Shown here one piece after another: positions 36,427-45,162 of a stretch of 64,000 nucleotides of DNA. A program made the translations under genes and the position numbers. Each line of letters starts with the position of its first letter. Position 1 is the first letter of the stretch. Origin of the DNA: Thermomicrobiales bacterium (lineage in GTDB: Bacteria > Chloroflexota > Chloroflexia > Thermomicrobiales > CFX8); assembly GCA_039810005.1 (NCBI GenBank), contig JBDHWD010000006.1:707-64706 (forward strand), given 5' to 3'. The notes beneath the pieces were generated by a model. The model was not told the DNA's origin. It searched no databases and worked only from the letters and a program-made list of their open reading frames with translations.

Positions 36427-37860
36427 TCAGTGCCGCGTCAGGCGCTCAACGAGCGACGTGCCGTCCGGCGCGACGCCGGTCGCTTCGGCCCTGCGGTCGA
36501 TCTGGGCGAAGCCGCGCTGTACGAAGCGCACGCCGAGGAAGCGCAATGGCTCCGGCTCCCATTTTCGGCCCGTGCGGTTGATGAACGGCAGATGTGTGAT
36601 GTCGCTGTCGGTCTGCGTGATCATGTCAGCCAGAATGCGGCCGAACAGGTTGGACGGTCCGACGCCGGTGCCGGTGTACCCATAGGCGGCGGCCAGGCCA
36701 TCCTTCGGGTCGTAACTGACGGTCGGAACGTAATCTCGCGGCCAGCCCAATGGGCCACCCCAGCTATGGGTAAACCGCACATCCTTCAGCATCGGAAACC
36801 ACGCGCGCACGTCATCCTGCAGCATCCCGAGCGTCGGTCTGTGGCGGTCATACTCGTCGCGGATGCGTGAGCCAAGGTGATACGGCGCGCCGCGGCCACC
36901 AAACAGCACCCGGCCATCGGCAGTATGCGTCAGGTACTTCACCATGTTCGTCGCCGACGAGAGTCCCTCACGCGCCTCCCACCCAATCTGCTGCCAGTCA
37001 GTCTCGGAGAGCGGCTCGGTGAGCGTGATTAGCGAGTAGACCGGCATCACCTTGCGCCGCATCTCCGGGAAGCGCGATAGATACGACTCGCCGGCCAGCA
37101 CGATTGTCTTCGCCCGCGTGTGGCCGCCTGCGGTGTGCAGTGCCGGATAGGCGCCGGTCGTCCAGCCGACGACTGGCGACTGTTCGTAGATTGTCGCGCC
37201 ATGGCGCTCAACGGCGCGCGCCAGCCCGCGGGCCAGCTTGGCTGGATGGATCTTCGCGCCGTGGCGCTGATGGTGCCCGCCGAGTGCGCCGGCGACAGCA
37301 ACGCGCTCTGCCACCTGGTCGGCGTCGAGCACGACCGAGTCGTCGCCGAAGCCGAATTCTTCAAGCGTGCGTTGCTCGCCACGCAGCAGGTCCAGCTGGT
37401 AGGGACTGCGCGCCACGCGCGTGTAGCCACCATGCACGTAATCCATGTCGATGCCTTCGCGTTCGGCGACACCGGCGATCTCGTCGAGGACCGTTCCGAT
37501 CGCACGCTGCACGTCAATGGCCGGCTGCCGCCCGAAGAGCTGCGCCATGCGCCGCAGGCCGACTGGAAAGCGGTTGCCCACGGTGCCGCCGTTGCGCCCG
37601 GATGCGCCGAATCCGGCGATCTCGCTCTCCAGAATCGCCACCTTCAGCGACGGCTCGCGCTGCAGAAGATAATAGGCCGTCCACAGGCCAGTGAAGCCGG
37701 CCCCGAGGATAGCCACATCGACATCGACCGTCCCGCGCAGCGATGGCCGCGGCGTGAGATCGTCGCCACAGGTCTCGAGCCAGAAGCTATAGGACGCGTA
37801 GTTCTTCCCCACGCCACCCTCCCCGTTCGCGCGAATGCGCTGCAGTCGATGTCGGACCAT
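36427..37860 (-). CDS. FAD-dependent oxidoreductase (DAO family, PuuB/DadA-like)
   Basis: DVAILGAGFTGLWTAYYL dinucleotide-binding motif. 477 aa. Confidence 0.7.
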   Translation of the reverse strand: MVRHRLQRIRANGEGGVGKNYASYSFWLETCGDDLTPRPSLRGTVDVDVAILGAGFTGLWTAYYLLQREPSLKVAILESEIAGFGASGRNGGTVGNRFPVGLRRMAQLFGRQPAIDVQRAIGTVLDEIAGVAEREGIDMDYVHGGYTRVARSPYQLDLLRGEQRTLEEFGFGDDSVVLDADQVAERVAVAGALGGHHQRHGAKIHPAKLARGLARAVERHGATIYEQSPVVGWTTGAYPALHTAGGHTRAKTIVLAGESYLSRFPEMRRKVMPVYSLITLTEPLSETDWQQIGWEAREGLSSATNMVKYLTHTADGRVLFGGRGAPYHLGSRIRDEYDRHRPTLGMLQDDVRAWFPMLKDVRFTHSWGGPLGWPRDYVPTVSYDPKDGLAAAYGYTGTGVGPSNLFGRILADMITQTDSDITHLPFINRTGRKWEPEPLRFLGVRFVQRGFAQIDRRAEATGVAPDGTSLVERLTRH

Positions 37861-37884
37861 GTCACGCGCGGTCCGGCACTGACG

Positions 37885-38328
37885 CTACTTGGCCGGGATC
37901 GGTGTGAGGACGAAGACCGGAATCTCCCGCGTAGTCTTCGCCTGGTAGTCAGCATACGGAGGATAGGCGGCAACGGCGCGTTCCCACCACTGGGCCTTTT
38001 CCTCTCCGGTGACTTCGCGAGCCAGATAGTCCCGCTTGACCGGGCCATCCTGCAGTTCGACGTGCGGGTTGGCAACGAGGTTGTAGTACCAGACGGGATG
38101 TTGGGGTGCACCGCCGCGCGAGGCGACGACCGCGTACTCGCCCTCGTGCTCGACGCGCATCAGCGGCGTCTTGCGCAGCTTGCCGGTCTTTGCGCCCACA
38201 GAGGTCACGACGACGACCGGCAAGCCGTTCAGCGTCGTCCCCTTGATGCCTCCCGACCGCTCGTACAGCTCGGCCTGCTCACGTGCCCAATCGGACGTAC
38301 TCGGCGCGTATTCGCCCTTGAGTGGCAT
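37885..38328 (-). CDS. Deazaflavin (F420)-dependent nitroreductase family protein (Ddn-like)
   Basis: 147 aa. Motifs [38 protein letters not shown] and W-W-ERAV-AYP-YA-YQ. Confidence 0.75.
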   Translation of the reverse strand: MPLKGEYAPSTSDWAREQAELYERSGGIKGTTLNGLPVVVVTSVGAKTGKLRKTPLMRVEHEGEYAVVASRGGAPQHPVWYYNLVANPHVELQDGPVKRDYLAREVTGEEKAQWWERAVAAYPPYADYQAKTTREIPVFVLTPIPAK

Positions 38329-38651
38329 ATTCGTACTCCTTTGTTCCGTGATGCGTCGACCGCGCCTGCACCTGGCTCGCCCGCGCAGGTCAGGGCGGGC
38401 GACGCCGGTTCAGTGTTCATCGTATCCACCGGCGATGCTCCCGCAGACACCATACCGACTATACCCGCACACGCGTGGTCTGATTGCTCTGTCTCACAGA
38501 CGACCGCGACTCGTACGTTCGTCGCGGAGATGCTCACGGAGGCGGATCACCTGGTCATGGTCGCCATCCGTGGTGTCAAGGCGCTGGAACAATTGGCGAC
38601 CAGCTCGCCCAACTTCCTGGTTCGTCCCGCTCTGGGCGAGCGCGCTGGAGG

Positions 38652-39214
38652 CTAGCGCAGGAAGTCGATGCCGTATTTGTTGAACAGGCAGTCGACGATG
38701 TCATTTGACACCTGCGAGACAACGGCGTCCTTCTGTGCGCTGTCTGAGCCGGAGAGGACGATTAACTCGCTATGGGTGAGGGTCTTGCTGACGTCGATCT
38801 CGCACAGGCTGGCGTCTTTGATGATCGGGTCGAGCAGGAAGACGATCGGTCCAGGTATCTGCGTCTCGAGGCAGGTACGCATCACCGCCTGGGTGAACGA
38901 CGTGTCGTCCATCGACAGACTGATCAGCAGCGCTGGCGTCAGTCTGCCCTCCAGGCGGCCCTGAACCGAGTACCCGTCTCGACCGCGACGGTCGGCGGAA
39001 TGAACGGGATCGGCGCAGGAGTTGGACGTGGTATCGGCGTTGACGTGGGGGCGGCGTCGGTGCCGAGGCTGCTCAGCGGCGAACGGGCTGCAAGCAACAG
39101 CAGCGCGATGCTGGGAGTCAGGCCGGGGATGTACGACGGGCGATCCCTCAGCACCCCCAGTCGCTGACTGCAACGCGACGCCCGGTCAGGGCGTCGCGCG
39201 GCGGGTATCGGCAC
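38652..39214 (-). pseudogene. Frameshifted paralog of the adjacent lipoprotein gene
   Basis: The C-terminal 100 aa (frame of ORF 38652-39173) align with the neighbour (CLETQIPGPIVFLLDPIIKDASLCEI vs CLETALPASLVAQAEPIIQQTADCGV). The signal-peptide-like PSIALLLLAA and T/P-rich linker lie in a different frame (ORF 38939-39214). Confidence 0.5.
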
Positions 39215-39223
39215 GTCGTGAGG

Positions 39224-39730
39224 TTACTGCAGTGGGACGCCGAGCTGGTCGGAGACACACGCCAGGGTCGACTGTGTCAGCGTCTGGATCGTTTCCTGGT
39301 CCCCGCTCTCGATCTTCTGGACGTCAGCATCGGTCAGATCCTTACTGGCGGTCACGCCGCAGTCGGCCGTCTGCTGGATGATCGGCTCGGCCTGGGCGAC
39401 CAGGCTAGCCGGTAGCGCTGTCTCGAGACAGTCACGATAGACGCCGGTGGCGCTGTCGGTCTTGCCGTCGCGCAGCTCCTGGACCATCGCCGGCGTTGTC
39501 TTTTCTTGCAGGCAGGTTCCGATCGCGCCTACCTCACCCATGCCAGTGGCTGGAGACGCAGTCGTGCCGGCCGGGCTGGTCGTCGCGGTGCTGCCGGTCG
39601 TGACGCTGGTCGCTGTCGCATCGTCAGTGCTATCGCCCCCGCAGGCGGCCAGCACCGCGATCAGTAGTACGGCGACTGCGCTCAGGAGCAGCATGGACCA
39701 GATCGAGTGGTTGGCGGTTCGAGTGGACAT
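39224..39730 (-). CDS. Lipoprotein of unknown function (Cys-rich C-terminal domain)
   Basis: ATG 39730 after AAGGGAGA. Signal and lipobox SMLLLSAVAVLLIAVLAACGG, T/S-rich linker, and 4 Cys in the C-terminal domain. Confidence 0.7.
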   Translation of the reverse strand: MSTRTANHSIWSMLLLSAVAVLLIAVLAACGGDSTDDATATSVTTGSTATTSPAGTTASPATGMGEVGAIGTCLQEKTTPAMVQELRDGKTDSATGVYRDCLETALPASLVAQAEPIIQQTADCGVTASKDLTDADVQKIESGDQETIQTLTQSTLACVSDQLGVPLQ

Positions 39731-39799
39731 TCTCGCGATCTCCCTTGTCTCTCCGGTGATTCCCCGTGGTCGTATGGATCCCTTCGCGCCACGGTAGCG

Positions 39800-40140
39800 C
39801 ATTCAGGGTCCTGCTCACGCACGAGCGGGGCCACGCGCGGCCAATCGGGTGAGAGGTTTCGGCTCAGATGGCGTTGAGGGCGGCGATGGGGAGGGGGATG
39901 TCGCTGGTCGAGCCAGCGATGGTCGCCGCCCGGCTCGACCTGGCTGGCGCGATGCGCGACAACCTTCAACGCCGCCTCATTGACGAGGTTGGTCAGGTCG
40001 GCCCCGGCGAAGCCGGACGTCACCGTGCTGACACTCGCGTTCGGCGCTGAGTTTTGAGACGATGGTGCCATTCAGGTTGAGGTGATGCTGGTCATCGATC
40101 CCGTGACGCTGAGCCACAGGCTCGATCGAAATCTCCGATC
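39800..40140 (-). pseudogene. Decayed fragment of an FtsH-like AAA+ protease gene
   Basis: Contains [16 protein letters not shown] (AAA lid, FtsH-type [16 protein letters not shown]). The preceding R-x-x-I-x-x-x-H segment is in another frame. The HEXXH position is degenerate (PRVAPLV). There is no Walker A/B region and no start. Confidence 0.4.
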
Positions 40141-40242
40141 GACTGTATCATCGGCTGGTCCATCCCGATCGCCCGCCGTTCACCTTCACTGGTGCGCTAC
40201 AGCATGACCTCAATGTGATTACCGAAGGGGAGCTACACAGGC

Positions 40243-41805
40243 ATGGATCTCGCACTGGTCAACGGCAACCTGCTGACGATGGAGGATGCGCAGCCGACCG
40301 CCGAGGCGGCGCTCGTTCGCAATGGCCGGATCGCCCGCATCGGCACGTCGAGCGAGATCCGTCAGTCGGCAGGTGATGCGCACGTATTCGACTGTGACGG
40401 ACGAACGGTCGTTCCCGGGCTGATCGACGGCCACGCGCACTTCGAGATGACGTGCTGCGCGCTGACGCACTGTCTCTCGCTCACGACGCCGCCATACAAC
40501 AGCCTCGCCTCGATCGCCGACATGATTCACGAGCGCGCCAGCACGACCCCGCCCGGCGAGTGGATTCTCGTCCGCGGGTCGTTCAATCTCTACGCCCGCG
40601 TCGACGAGGGACGGCTCTTCACCCGCCAGGAGCTCGACGCCATCTCGGACCAGCACCCGATCGTCGTGTATTCGTCGCTGCACGTCACGATGCTCAACAC
40701 CCTTGCGTTGCAGCTGCTCGGCCTGTGGGATCGCGAGCCACCAATGGGCGTCGTCCTGCATCGCGCTGAGGATGGCACTCCCACCGGTGTCGTTACCGAG
40801 GCCTGGGACCTGGTCCCGCCCTTCACGGTCGCGCAAGTTACAACGGCGATTCGTGCCCGTATGACCGACCTCTTCCTGGCCAATGGCGTGACGACGATCC
40901 ACAACCTGCCGTACTCGGCAGAGGACATCCTCGCCGTCCAGGATCTGCAGGCGTCGGGGGAGCTGCCGATTCGCTTCCGCATGTACTATCACGTGCCGCA
41001 CCAGATTGACCTCGATGGCCTGCTGGCTATGGGCCTGCGGCCGGGCTTCGGCGACGATCGCCTGCGTTATGGCGGAGTCAAGATCTTCGTCGACGGGGTT
41101 GGGCACGATGGCTACGGCAACCGCGTTTGGGACGTGAAGTGGGATCCGGCCGACCTCACCGAGTTCATCTGCCGTGTGCATGCCGCCGGCCAGCAACTAT
41201 GGATGCACGTCTGCTCGCAGCCCTCCATTCACCTGGTGGCCGATGCCGTTGAGGAGGCGCTGCGCCGCCATCCAGCGCCGCACCGCCATCGCATCGAGCA
41301 CGCCGCCGACTACCTTATCGACGAGGCGGACATGCGGCGACTTCGCGATCTCGGCATCCGCATCGTGACGACGCCGCAGTTCATCTACGCCCAGGGCGAC
41401 GTGCTGTCGCTGCCGAACAGCCAGCGCTACCCGCGCAAGTTCCGGTTGCGCACCCTGATCGACCACGGCTTCGAGGTGATCGGGTCGAGCGATACGACCG
41501 GCAGCGTGCCGGACGGCATCGCGCCGCTGTTCAACATCGCCTGCGCCGTCACGCGCCGCACGCTCTCCGGCCGGCAGTACGTCCCGGAAGAGGCCATCAC
41601 GGTCGAGGAAGCCTTCAAGCTCTTCACCCGCTGGCCGGCGGCCGGCACGTTCGAGGAGCGCGACAAAGGCTCGATTGCCGTCGGCAAGCTCGGGGATTTC
41701 ACCGTCCTCTCCGACGATCCGCGGCGGGTCGCGCCGGACGCGCTCTTCGATCTGCGCGTCGAGGCGACGATCATCGGCGGCGATGTTGTTTGGAGGCGGG
41801 GGTGA
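40243..41805 (+). CDS. Amidohydrolase family protein (amidohydrolase 3 / YtcJ-like)
   Basis: 520 aa. VVPGLIDGHAHFEM metal-binding motif and a C-terminal GKLGDFTVLS..D motif. Confidence 0.7.
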   Translation: MDLALVNGNLLTMEDAQPTAEAALVRNGRIARIGTSSEIRQSAGDAHVFDCDGRTVVPGLIDGHAHFEMTCCALTHCLSLTTPPYNSLASIADMIHERASTTPPGEWILVRGSFNLYARVDEGRLFTRQELDAISDQHPIVVYSSLHVTMLNTLALQLLGLWDREPPMGVVLHRAEDGTPTGVVTEAWDLVPPFTVAQVTTAIRARMTDLFLANGVTTIHNLPYSAEDILAVQDLQASGELPIRFRMYYHVPHQIDLDGLLAMGLRPGFGDDRLRYGGVKIFVDGVGHDGYGNRVWDVKWDPADLTEFICRVHAAGQQLWMHVCSQPSIHLVADAVEEALRRHPAPHRHRIEHAADYLIDEADMRRLRDLGIRIVTTPQFIYAQGDVLSLPNSQRYPRKFRLRTLIDHGFEVIGSSDTTGSVPDGIAPLFNIACAVTRRTLSGRQYVPEEAITVEEAFKLFTRWPAAGTFEERDKGSIAVGKLGDFTVLSDDPRRVAPDALFDLRVEATIIGGDVVWRRG

Positions 41806-41914
41806 GCGCGGTGCCGGTGCCAGAGTTCTGACGTACCTGAGGTCCGGATCGCGTGAGTTGATCGGGCCGGTCTATTCCAAGCCCGGCCAGGGTGGTGGAC
41901 TATACTTAAGCGTT

Positions 41915-42550
41915 ATGGTGACGAACCGGCTGCGACGAACCAGCACGACGAAGCACGAGACCGCCGCCTGGCGCGTCTTCGCTGCTGTGCCGGTCAGCGA
42001 CGCTGTCCGTGGGCAGATGCGTGACATCCAGAGCGCGCTCGCGCCACAGGGCTGGCCGATGCGCTGGGTGCGGCCGGAACTGGCTCACCTGACGCTACGG
42101 TTCTATGGCAATGTTGCGAGCGATCGAGTGCCAGACCTGGCATCGCAGATCGCGCCGGTCGCGCAGGCCGCTCGACCATTGAGGCTGGAAGCGTCGACAA
42201 TTGGCGCGTTCCCGTCCGAGCATCGCCCGCGTGTTATCTGGCTCGGATTGGTGGGCGACGTCAAGCCGCTCGAAGCGCTCGCCGGAGCAGTGACGTCCGC
42301 AACGAGTGCCTTCGGTCCGCCGGAGCGTCGCCCATTTGCGCCACACATTACGTTGGCGCGTCTGCGTGATGGCGCTGCCGCTCCGTCCGACTTCCGTGCT
42401 GTGGTGGATCGAATTACCCGCTGCGCTGTACCGTTCGTGGCCGACAGGTTGCAGCTCATTCGGAGTGAGCTGGGGCCCGGCGGACCGACCTACACAACGA
42501 TTCACGAGTGGCAACTGGGCGCACTTCCGGAGATTGACGATCACGGTTAG
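41915..42550 (+). CDS. thpR: RNA 2',3'-cyclic phosphodiesterase (2'-5' RNA ligase, 2H superfamily)
   Basis: Two H-x-T-x motifs (HLTL and HITL) at typical spacing. About 211 aa from ATG 41915. Confidence 0.65.
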   Translation: MVTNRLRRTSTTKHETAAWRVFAAVPVSDAVRGQMRDIQSALAPQGWPMRWVRPELAHLTLRFYGNVASDRVPDLASQIAPVAQAARPLRLEASTIGAFPSEHRPRVIWLGLVGDVKPLEALAGAVTSATSAFGPPERRPFAPHITLARLRDGAAAPSDFRAVVDRITRCAVPFVADRLQLIRSELGPGGPTYTTIHEWQLGALPEIDDHG

Positions 42551-42626
42551 CGACCGCAGACATTGACGACAGAACGACATTCATTTCCGGCATCATGCCG
42601 CTGACCTGCAGATCAGGAGTCTCCCA

Positions 42627-43706
42627 ATGACCGACATGTTTGACCGCCTCAAAGAGCTGGAGCGCCGCTACGACGAGCTGACCCAAATGCTCGGCGATCC
42701 GGCTATCGCGACCGATCCCGACAAGCTGATCGAATTCGGCCGCGAGCGCTCCGATATCGAGGATGTTGTCGTTGCCTATCGCGACCTGCGCGCGCTCGAC
42801 GACCAGATCGCCGACGCCGAGCTGATGGCGAACGACAGCGACGCTGACATGGCCAGCATGGCGCGCGAGGAGCTCGACATCCTGCGCTCCGACCGCGAGC
42901 CGCTGATCTCACGGCTGCGCGGCCTGCTCGTCCCGAAGGACCCCAACGACGAGAAGAACGTTATCGTCGAGATCCGGGCCGGCACCGGCGGCGATGAGGC
43001 CGCCCTGTTTGCAGCCGAGCTGGTGCGCCTCTATTCGCGCTACGCCGAGCGGCAAGGCTGGAAGACCGACATCCTGAACCTGAACGAGACTGGCATCGGT
43101 GGCATCAAGGAAGCCGTGCTGGAGGTGCGTGGGCGCGGCGCGTATAGCCACCTGCGCTACGAGAGCGGCGTGCATCGCGTCCAGCGTGTGCCGGTGACGG
43201 AGTCCAGCGGACGTATCCACACGTCGGCTGCAACCGTCGCGGTGCTGCCGGAGGCCGAGGACGTTGATATTCAGATTGATGAAAACGACCTGCGCGTCGA
43301 TGTGTTTCGCTCGACCGGCCACGGTGGCCAGAGCGTCAACACGACCGACTCGGCGGTACGCATCACCCATCTGCCGACCGGCATCGTTGTGAGCTGCCAG
43401 GACGAGAAGTCGCAACTGAAGAACCGCGCCAAGGCGATGGCTGTCCTGCGCGCGCGCCTCTACGATCTGGAGCAGCAGCGGCTCGATGAGGAGCGCGGCG
43501 GCATGCGGCGCTCGCAAGTTGGCAGCGGCGACCGCTCGGAGAAGATTCGCACCTACAACTTCCCGCAGGACCGCGTCACCGATCATCGCCTGAAGATGAG
43601 CCTTAGTAATCTGCCGAGCGTGATGGACGGCAACATCGAGGCGTTCGTCCGCGAGCTGCAAGCCCTTGACCAGGCCGAGCGCCTCCAGCTCGCCGGCATG
43701 GCGTAA
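42627..43706 (+). CDS. prfA: Peptide chain release factor 1
   Basis: 359 aa. GGQ motif (HGGQSVN) and PVT tripeptide (QRVPVTES). RBS AGGAG 7 nt upstream. Confidence 0.95.
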   Translation: MTDMFDRLKELERRYDELTQMLGDPAIATDPDKLIEFGRERSDIEDVVVAYRDLRALDDQIADAELMANDSDADMASMAREELDILRSDREPLISRLRGLLVPKDPNDEKNVIVEIRAGTGGDEAALFAAELVRLYSRYAERQGWKTDILNLNETGIGGIKEAVLEVRGRGAYSHLRYESGVHRVQRVPVTESSGRIHTSAATVAVLPEAEDVDIQIDENDLRVDVFRSTGHGGQSVNTTDSAVRITHLPTGIVVSCQDEKSQLKNRAKAMAVLRARLYDLEQQRLDEERGGMRRSQVGSGDRSEKIRTYNFPQDRVTDHRLKMSLSNLPSVMDGNIEAFVRELQALDQAERLQLAGMA

Positions 43707-43733
43707 GCACGACAGCAGATGATTTCGTCTCTC

Positions 43734-43783
43734 CGTAGGGACAGGACCCGGCCTGCCCATCGCGGGGTGCCCTCTGGGCCATG
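43734..43783 (+). repeat. 50-bp inverted repeat, arm A1
   Basis: CGTAGGGACAGGACCCGGCCTGCCCATCGCGGGGTGCCCTCTGGGCCATG. The reverse complement of 44112-44161 matches 49 of 50 positions. Confidence 0.9.
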
Positions 43784-43864
43784 GCGACGCCCCCACGCAG
43801 ACCGTCTCCCCGTTGGGTCACTGCGGTTCAGCCAACGGCATGCTGCGAGGCAGACAGGCGATCG

Positions 43865-43890
43865 ATGTAGGGGCGTATTGCATACGCCCG
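43865..43890 (+). repeat. 26-bp inverted repeat, arm B1 (itself palindromic)
   Basis: ATGTAGGGGCGTATTGCATACGCCCG is the exact reverse complement of 43999-44024. Internal hairpin GGGCGTAT-TGC-ATACGCCC. Confidence 0.9.
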
Positions 43891-43998
43891 GCCAGGCCTC
43901 ACCACCGCGTCGGTGCGTGCTGATCGGTCGGGTTGGCGTATTCACGGCCAGCCCCCACCACCTCGGCGTGTGCCATTCATCAGGGTCGACCTTTGCAA

Positions 43999-44024
43999 CG
44001 GGCGTATGCAATACGCCCCTACAT
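43999..44024 (-). repeat. 26-bp inverted repeat, arm B2
   Basis: CGGGCGTATGCAATACGCCCCTACAT, a perfect inverted copy of B1. Confidence 0.9.
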
Positions 44025-44111
44025 ATACGATGCGCGTCGCACCAGATTTCCCTTGTCCCCGCACAGATGCGGAGCCGATCGGGATGCATTTCATCGACCC
44101 CGGGAGGTCGA

Positions 44112-44161
44112 CATGGCCCAGAGGGCACCCCGCGATGGACAGGCCGGGTCCTGTCCCTACG
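44112..44161 (-). repeat. 50-bp inverted repeat, arm A2
   Basis: Inverted copy of A1 with 1 mismatch. Contains the perfect internal hairpin GGGACAGG-CCGGGT-CCTGTCCC. Confidence 0.9.
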
Positions 44162-44212
44162 AAGCGATGTGACGCCTACATCCCGGCACCCAACCGCCCC
44201 AGCCCCAGGACA

Positions 44213-44249
44213 CCCCTCTCCCCACGGGAGAGGGGCCGGGGGTGAGGTC
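44213..44249 (+). repeat. GC-rich hairpin-plus-tail repeat element (copy 3)
   Basis: 10-bp stem CCCCTCTCCC/GGGAGAGGGG with tail CCGGGGGTGAGGTC. Same family as 3411-3450 and 3502-3541. The tail's GAGG lies 7 nt before the prmC ATG. Confidence 0.8.
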
Positions 44250-44254
44250 CCCTC

Positions 44255-45118
44255 ATGACCCGCACCCACCTGTCGGCGCTACAGCATGCGACAGTCCAAC
44301 TATCCAGCATTAGCGACTCGCCACGGCTGGATGCCGAGGTGCTGCTGCGTGAGGTGACGGGACTAGATCGTGTCGGCTTACTGCTGCGCTTTGCGGAGTT
44401 GTTGCCGGACGAGCAGGGTGCGACCTTCAACGCACTCATCGAGCGTCGCCGTGCCGGCGAGCCAATCGCCTACATCATCGGGCGACGCGGATTCCGTTCG
44501 ATCGAGCTGGCAGTCGATGAGCGCGTGCTGATACCACGCCCCGACACGGAGTGGATCGTCGATCTGGCACTGACGTGGCTGGCACAGCACAGAGGGCCGC
44601 GACGTGTCGTCGATGTCGGGACCGGCTCGGGCGCGATTGCGCTGGCGCTGGGGAGTGAGCTGGATGCCGGGCGGTCTGATGTCCAGATCGTCGGGGTCGA
44701 TGTCTCGCGAGATGCGCTGGCTGTCGCGCGTCTGAATCGCGAACGGCTTGGGCTGCAGCGGCGGGTTGATCTCGTTGCCGGCGATTTGCTGTCGGCGATT
44801 AGCGGCTCGTTCGACCTCATCCTCGCCAATCTGCCCTATCTGCGACCGGGCCAGATGCACCCATCGACTGATCGCGAGCCGCGATTGGCGCTCTTCGCCG
44901 GCCCGGATGGCTTCTCCCTGTATCGAGAGCTGCTGCGGCAGGCAGCCGCCCTGCTCACGCCCGATGGCATGCTGGTTGGCGAGATCGATCCGGCGCAGGC
45001 GGAGCTGGCCGTCGATGTCGCACAGCAGACGATGGGCCGAGCAGCCGTCGTTCGCCGGGATCTTGCCGGAGATGCACGCTATCTCATTGTCGGCGACACT
45101 GGTGTCCTGCAACGATAA
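44255..45118 (+). CDS. prmC: Release factor glutamine N5-methyltransferase
   Basis: 287 aa HemK/PrmC pattern. VVDVGTGSGAIAL SAM motif. Motif IV reads NLPY. Lies downstream of prfA. Confidence 0.85.
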   Translation: MTRTHLSALQHATVQLSSISDSPRLDAEVLLREVTGLDRVGLLLRFAELLPDEQGATFNALIERRRAGEPIAYIIGRRGFRSIELAVDERVLIPRPDTEWIVDLALTWLAQHRGPRRVVDVGTGSGAIALALGSELDAGRSDVQIVGVDVSRDALAVARLNRERLGLQRRVDLVAGDLLSAISGSFDLILANLPYLRPGQMHPSTDREPRLALFAGPDGFSLYRELLRQAAALLTPDGMLVGEIDPAQAELAVDVAQQTMGRAAVVRRDLAGDARYLIVGDTGVLQR

Positions 45119-45162
45119 GTGCAAACACAGCGATTGGTGGTCGTGCGTTGGGAGGCGAGCGA

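Noticed and set aside
37120-38655. A 511-aa plus-strand ORF.
   Set aside because: It runs antisense across two well-supported minus-strand genes and an intergenic gap. Low-complexity Arg/Ala composition.
40219-41196. A 325-aa ORF antisense to the amidohydrolase gene.
   Set aside because: Shadow ORF with no motifs. The sense frame has the amidohydrolase metal-binding motif.
3411-44249. Recurrent GC-rich hairpin repeats, considered as a possible CRISPR array.
   Set aside because: Only two or three copies per site, in mixed orientation, with irregular spacing and no cas genes. They are REP/MITE-like, not CRISPR.
43583-44269. ORFs of 228 aa (minus strand) and 179 aa (plus strand, 43719-44258) across the prfA-prmC spacer.
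   Set aside because: They translate the palindromic repeats (GVLHTP, RMQYAPT and PLSPRERG type peptides) in both orientations. They are artefacts of the repeats, not genes.
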